Shown: piece by piece, positions 59,763 to 64,000 of the stretch
Layout: every line of letters begins with the position of its first letter
Position numbering within the stretch: the first letter of the stretch is position 1
From: an uncultured delta proteobacterium
GTDB lineage: Bacteria > Desulfobacterota > Desulfomonilia > Desulfomonilales > Desulfomonilaceae
DNA length: 64,000 bases
NCBI GenBank assembly: GCA_963789265.1
Contig: CAWBKB010000001.1
Coordinates: 224,001-288,000, forward strand
Reading direction: 5' to 3'
The notes under the pieces: generated by a model
What the model was told of the DNA's origin: nothing
Database searches by the model: none
Seen by the model: the letters and a program-made list of their open reading frames with translations, nothing else
Program-made: the position numbers and the translations under genes

Positions 59763-60620
59763 ATGGAACAGGTAATAGCCACGACAAGTAACGTACTGAT
59801 ATTGTCCTCGATGTACATTCTGGTAGCGCTGGGCTTTGCCTTTCTTTTTAACATGCTCGGTTTGCTCAATCTTGCCCATGGCGCTATTTACATGATCGGT
59901 GCATACATCGCCTTCATACTCATAGCGGGGTTAGGCCTCCCATTCTGGCTGGCCCTGATCTTCGCAACGCTTATGGTGGCCCTGTTGGGAGTCTTCCTCG
60001 AAAGGGTGTGCTTCCGCCCGTTTCTGGGGGATTTCAACCGCTCGGTAATGATATGCGTCGCCCTCACAGTCCTTTTTCAGACGACGGTCAACATTGTGGC
60101 AGGCGCCAAAACACTGGCTCTGCCGCCGGTTGCTGAAGGCATCCTTCATTATGGACCGGTCTCGTTGAGCCACGAAAGAATCATCATCTTTATCATTGGG
60201 GCGGTGCTCCTCCTGGCATTCGTTCTATTCGTGAATAAGACGAAATGGGGTCAACAAATGCAGGCTATCGCCCAGAACGCCGAAGGGGCTTCTCTGCAAG
60301 GCATCAATGTGCATCGGATATCGGCTCTGGCCAGCGGCCTGGGCTGCGGTCTCGCAGCTTTGGCGGGATGCTTGATGGGTGCTTTTCTGGGGATTGGACC
60401 TTTCATGGGAGATCAAATGCTGGTGAAGGCCCTCATGCTTGTCATCTTGGCCGGAGCGGGCAGCATGGGCGGCATTTTTTTGGCCGGCCTTCTGATGGGC
60501 ACCCTCAACTCCGTGTTGCCTCTGATGCTGAATGGAGCGGCCAGTGAAGCCGCCGCTGTTGCCGTAGTGATCGTTCTGCTCTTGATCAGCCCAAAGGGCT
60601 TCTTTGGCCATGAAGCATGA
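59763..60620 (+). CDS. livH: Liv-type ABC permease
   Basis: LVALGF....G.LNLAHG, TKWG..MQAIAQN...A.LQGIN. Confidence 0.85.
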   Translation: MEQVIATTSNVLILSSMYILVALGFAFLFNMLGLLNLAHGAIYMIGAYIAFILIAGLGLPFWLALIFATLMVALLGVFLERVCFRPFLGDFNRSVMICVALTVLFQTTVNIVAGAKTLALPPVAEGILHYGPVSLSHERIIIFIIGAVLLLAFVLFVNKTKWGQQMQAIAQNAEGASLQGINVHRISALASGLGCGLAALAGCLMGAFLGIGPFMGDQMLVKALMLVILAGAGSMGGIFLAGLLMGTLNSVLPLMLNGAASEAAAVAVVIVLLLISPKGFFGHEA

Positions 60621-60680
60621 TAGGCGCCCACTGTGACGCTCTTCCGGCCGGCTATATTGAAGACGAGAAGGATTGCAGTC

Positions 60681-61679
60681 ATGGGTGAAGACAGCTTTTC
60701 TACCCCAATAAGTCCGCAAGTGGCTTTGGGAAGGAGAAGATGGGGTTCGGCTCCGGCATACGCGGCGCTGTTGGCCGTTTTAGCCCTGTGGCCGATCGTG
60801 TATCATTCATCTTACGTGATGCACCTGTTTATCCTCTGTTTCATCTATATAATTGCCAGCGTCAGTTTACGAACCATAACCATATCCGGCCAATTTCCGC
60901 TCGCCCACGGGGCTTTCATGGGCATCGGAGCTTACCTTGCTGGCATGGCTTCAAAATGGCTGGGCTGGCCGGGCTGGATTACCATGCCGGGAGGTGCACT
61001 CGGGGCAATGGTACTCGGAATCCTCATCGGCTACCCTTTCGCCAGGCTCAGGGCACTGTACTATGCCATGGGGACACTCTTCTTCGGCATAGGGGTCATA
61101 GACTTCATTGCGGCCTTCAGCAAGTATACCGGCGGATACAGTGGGCTTATGGGCATCCACCCCATTTTCGTAGGTTCCAAGGTTCCATATTACTATTTCT
61201 TTCTCGGCCTCGCTTTTGTAAGTACGTTGGCTCTCTATAGGTTCGAGTTCTCTCGAATCGGGACGAATCTGAAGGCTATTGCTCAGTCACATCTTGTGGC
61301 ATCGAGCGTCGGGATTAATGAAGCCTTCTACCGCATACTCGCAGTCGCGGTCGGCTGCTTCTTTGCCGGTTTGGCCGGCGCCGGCTACGCACTTTACAAT
61401 CAGGTGATTTCTTCTTCGAGTTTCAATTTCCTGGCCACCCTCTGGCTCGTGATGTACGTGCTTGTCGGCGGGGTTGAGAGCTTTGCCGGCCCCATAGTGG
61501 GAACCATAGTTCTGTTTCTGATGCCGGAGTTCGTGCGCGACCTCAAATACTATTCCCCTTTTGTGACCGCTGGAGTGTTGATCCTCGTAGTCTATCTCCT
61601 GCCCAAGGGGCTGGTAAGTCTTCCTGGCTTACTGCGGCAGAGGTGTGGACGCACGGCAATCGAAGAAAAGGGTGACTGA
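60681..61679 (+). CDS. livM: Liv-type ABC permease
   Basis: GQ..LAHGAF.GIGAY, RLR..Y.AM.TL, TGG..G, SRIG..LKAI, GG..S..GP. Confidence 0.85.
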   Translation: MGEDSFSTPISPQVALGRRRWGSAPAYAALLAVLALWPIVYHSSYVMHLFILCFIYIIASVSLRTITISGQFPLAHGAFMGIGAYLAGMASKWLGWPGWITMPGGALGAMVLGILIGYPFARLRALYYAMGTLFFGIGVIDFIAAFSKYTGGYSGLMGIHPIFVGSKVPYYYFFLGLAFVSTLALYRFEFSRIGTNLKAIAQSHLVASSVGINEAFYRILAVAVGCFFAGLAGAGYALYNQVISSSSFNFLATLWLVMYVLVGGVESFAGPIVGTIVLFLMPEFVRDLKYYSPFVTAGVLILVVYLLPKGLVSLPGLLRQRCGRTAIEEKGD

Positions 61680-61681
61680 GT

Positions 61682-62491
61682 GTGTTTTTCGAGATCATAA
61701 AACTCGGAAAGGTGTTCGGGGGCCTGACTGCCGTATCCCAATTCAACATGTTCGCCAACCAAGGAGAGATTGTCGGTCTTATCGGTCCGAACGGGGCGGG
61801 TAAGTCGACCCTTTTCAATTTGGTGACCGGTGTGGTTCAGCCGACAAGCGGTCAGGTGCTGTTCGAAGGGAGAGATATTACCGGCAAGAAACCGCACCAG
61901 GTCGCTCGTTTAGGGATAGGGCGCACTTTTCAGCTCAACCCGCTTTTCGGTGACTTCACCGTCCTCGAAAATGTCTCCGCATCCTTTCATCTTCATCCGC
62001 GGTCGAGTCTTTTGAGCATCTATTTCAACACACGCTCTCACAAGCGTAATGAGGCATATATTCGTAAGCAGTCTCTTGAAGTGCTGCGCCTTGTGGGACT
62101 GGAAAGGGTCAAAGACGATCTCGCCAAGAACCTGCCTCACGGCTACCAGAAGATGCTGGGGGTAGCGAGAGCTTTGGCTACACGACCAAAACTGCTCCTC
62201 CTCGACGAACCTTTGGGCGGTATGAATCCCGAGGAAATAGAGTTCACTTTAGAGGCCGTGAAGAGAATGCAGGCACAGGGAGTAACGATCCTCATAGTTG
62301 AACATAATATGCAGATACTGGATTTGTGCGAACGAGTGGTGGTCATCAATTTCGGGACAAAAATCTGCGAGGGATTGCCTGAGGAAGTGCGAAAGGATGA
62401 GCAGGTCATTCAGGCCTATTTCGGTGGTAATCATGCTGCTGGAAATCGACAAGGTGACCGTCCGCTACGGAAAATCAACGGCCGTTCGTGA
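61682..62491 (+). CDS. livG: Liv-type ABC ATPase
   Basis: FGGLTAV, GPNGAGKST, RTFQ, LPHG, LLLDEP, VEHNM, AYFG. Confidence 0.9.
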   Translation: MFFEIIKLGKVFGGLTAVSQFNMFANQGEIVGLIGPNGAGKSTLFNLVTGVVQPTSGQVLFEGRDITGKKPHQVARLGIGRTFQLNPLFGDFTVLENVSASFHLHPRSSLLSIYFNTRSHKRNEAYIRKQSLEVLRLVGLERVKDDLAKNLPHGYQKMLGVARALATRPKLLLLDEPLGGMNPEEIEFTLEAVKRMQAQGVTILIVEHNMQILDLCERVVVINFGTKICEGLPEEVRKDEQVIQAYFGGNHAAGNRQGDRPLRKINGRS

Positions 62492-63140
62492 AGTGTCGTT
62501 GCGGGTTCCTGAGAAAACGGTCGTGAGCATCATAGGCGCTAACGGTTCGGGAAAGAGCACGCTGCTCAGGGCGTTGGTGGGTCTCGTGGCACTGAGCGAA
62601 GGCGAAATACGGTTCAACGGTGTTCGGATAAGCGGGTTGGAGACGAGTGAAATCGTTAGGCATGGCATTGTCCTCGTTCCGGAGGGCCGTCAGCTCTTTC
62701 CCTATCTGAGCGTTCTGGCGAACCTGAAGCTCGGCGCCAGCTTGCGTAAGGACAAGGAAGGCATCAACAAGGATATGGAAGAGGTCTTCGAGTACTTTCC
62801 CAGACTGCGCGCGAGACTGAATCAAAAGGCAGGTACTCTTAGCGGCGGAGAGCAGGAGATGTTGGCTATAGCCAGGGGCCTAATGGCTAAACCCAAACTC
62901 CTTGCGATGGATGAGCCTTCTCTGGGGTTGGCACCGATTGTAATCGACCGGCTTGGCGAGGTGATCGCGAAAATCAACCAGCGAGGCGTGACTGTTCTTT
63001 TGGTGGAGCAGAACGTGCATCTGGCCCTTGAGGTGGCGAACACCGCCTGCGCTCTCCAGGTTGGAAGGCTGGTGCTGGAGGGCGATGTCGACACAATGAG
63101 GTCGAGCGATATTGTGAGGAAGGCTTATCTGGGTGGATAA
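62433..63140 (+). CDS. livF: Liv-type ABC ATPase
   Basis: GANGSGKST, VPEGR, LSGGEQEM, DEPSLGLAP, VEQN, AYLGG. Confidence 0.9.
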   Translation: MLLEIDKVTVRYGKSTAVREVSLRVPEKTVVSIIGANGSGKSTLLRALVGLVALSEGEIRFNGVRISGLETSEIVRHGIVLVPEGRQLFPYLSVLANLKLGASLRKDKEGINKDMEEVFEYFPRLRARLNQKAGTLSGGEQEMLAIARGLMAKPKLLAMDEPSLGLAPIVIDRLGEVIAKINQRGVTVLLVEQNVHLALEVANTACALQVGRLVLEGDVDTMRSSDIVRKAYLGG

Positions 63141-63817
63141 GAAATCGGATCATGTTGGGTTTAGGAAGTTCTTGGACGGGAAAACGAAGTATTTACATAT
63201 ACCTCGTTTAATACCCAGAATCGTGGCACGATCTAGCCTTGTGCGTATTTCGTTGCCCTCACCCCGGCCCTCGCATTTTGGGAGAGGCCCAAAGTGAGAA
63301 GATTTCGTGTTAAGATTTTGTCCGGTTCAAGGATTTTGACACAGTTCCTGGAGTCAGGTCCTATCGGATTCCCGCGTACGCGAGCATGACCAGGGCCAAT
63401 CCCGCTTTGGCGTGACCATCCCACTGGAAACACCACGTGACGTCCTTGGAAGCGCATAAGCATTAGATGTCAAATCGGATGCCGATCTCGAGACCTGCTC
63501 TAGCTGCCGAGGCTGTGCCTCGCTCACGCCTTTTGTCAAATAATAATCATTGATAACCGTAGTTTATTTAGATTGCATAACTTGGTTTGTAGTAATAATT
63601 ATTAAAATTGGCTACTGGCGCAGGCTTTATCACCATTTAGCAGTGCAAAAAAGCTATAGGATTAAATTAGCCATAATATCCAGATGTTATCAATATTACA
63701 GTATGATTTTCTAGATACTTTTTGCAACATCTTTAAACTTCGTTCATTTTTTTCTTGACATCCGATTTGCCGTAACCAATAGTGACCCTGCAAATAGTTG
63801 GACCCTAGAGGGAGGGT

Positions 63818-64000
63818 ATGATGAGAAGGATACCTTATACGCTACTCGTATGTCTTGTGCTCTTGATGTCAACAGCCTGGCTGGCCCCTATCTGGGCGGC
63901 ACAAGTCGTGGACTCACCGGACAAAATCCTCAAGGAACCTCAAGCAGGTTCCACTGGAACACCCGCGGATGTGAAAACCAAAGTCGTCACCAAGGTGAAA
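63818..64000 (+). CDS. Secreted protein, N-terminus only; runs off the window edge
   Basis: GGAGG RBS; MMRRIPYTLLVCLVLLMSTAWLAPIWAAQ signal peptide; frame open to the end; TTGACA at 63755 in an AT-rich upstream region. Confidence 0.65.
   Translation, partial: MMRRIPYTLLVCLVLLMSTAWLAPIWAAQVVDSPDKILKEPQAGSTGTPADVKTKVVTKVK

Noticed and set aside
63530..63780. AT-rich stretch as an origin, ncRNA or island boundary
   Set aside because: No iterons, DnaA-box array, att site or recognisable RNA fold; it is adequately explained as the promoter region of the gene at 63818.

Overview
Accessory and metabolic region of an anaerobic bacterium. Gene content suggests Desulfobacterota, possibly Desulfomonile-like; this is an inference. 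In order along the window: a copper module (copA, a Met-rich helical secreted protein, a SHOCT protein); a group 3b [NiFe] hydrogenase operon; two tandem ClC genes; envelope genes (FecR-like, nfeD, an ABC transporter, degP, lepB, marR-emrAB); a sigma54-driven PhlG-like hydrolase with an MFS transporter; an ECF-sigma/radical-SAM/glycosyltransferase island; and acyl-CoA/lactonase/Liv-ABC catabolic genes. The main hidden signal is four in-frame TGA codons that the ORF track treats as stops. Each falls at a position that is Cys in the family, and each is followed 12-14 nt later by a SECIS-like hairpin. They predict four selenoproteins: an OsmC-like protein, a TetR/NemR-like repressor, an ArsS-like radical SAM enzyme and a thioredoxin-like protein. 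Three of these lie in one ~12 kb island that also carries a duplicated ECF-type promoter. Intergenic DNA holds nested small mobile DNA: a five-copy MITE family carrying REP hairpins, an IS4/IS231-like MITE with a 12-bp target duplication inserted into one copy, and a ~17-nt micro-hairpin that repeatedly replaces 5-7 nt inside other repeats. About 15 single-base frameshifts in otherwise intact genes look like long-read assembly errors. No rRNA, tRNA or CRISPR array was seen. No database searches were run; family calls rest on motifs recognised by eye.
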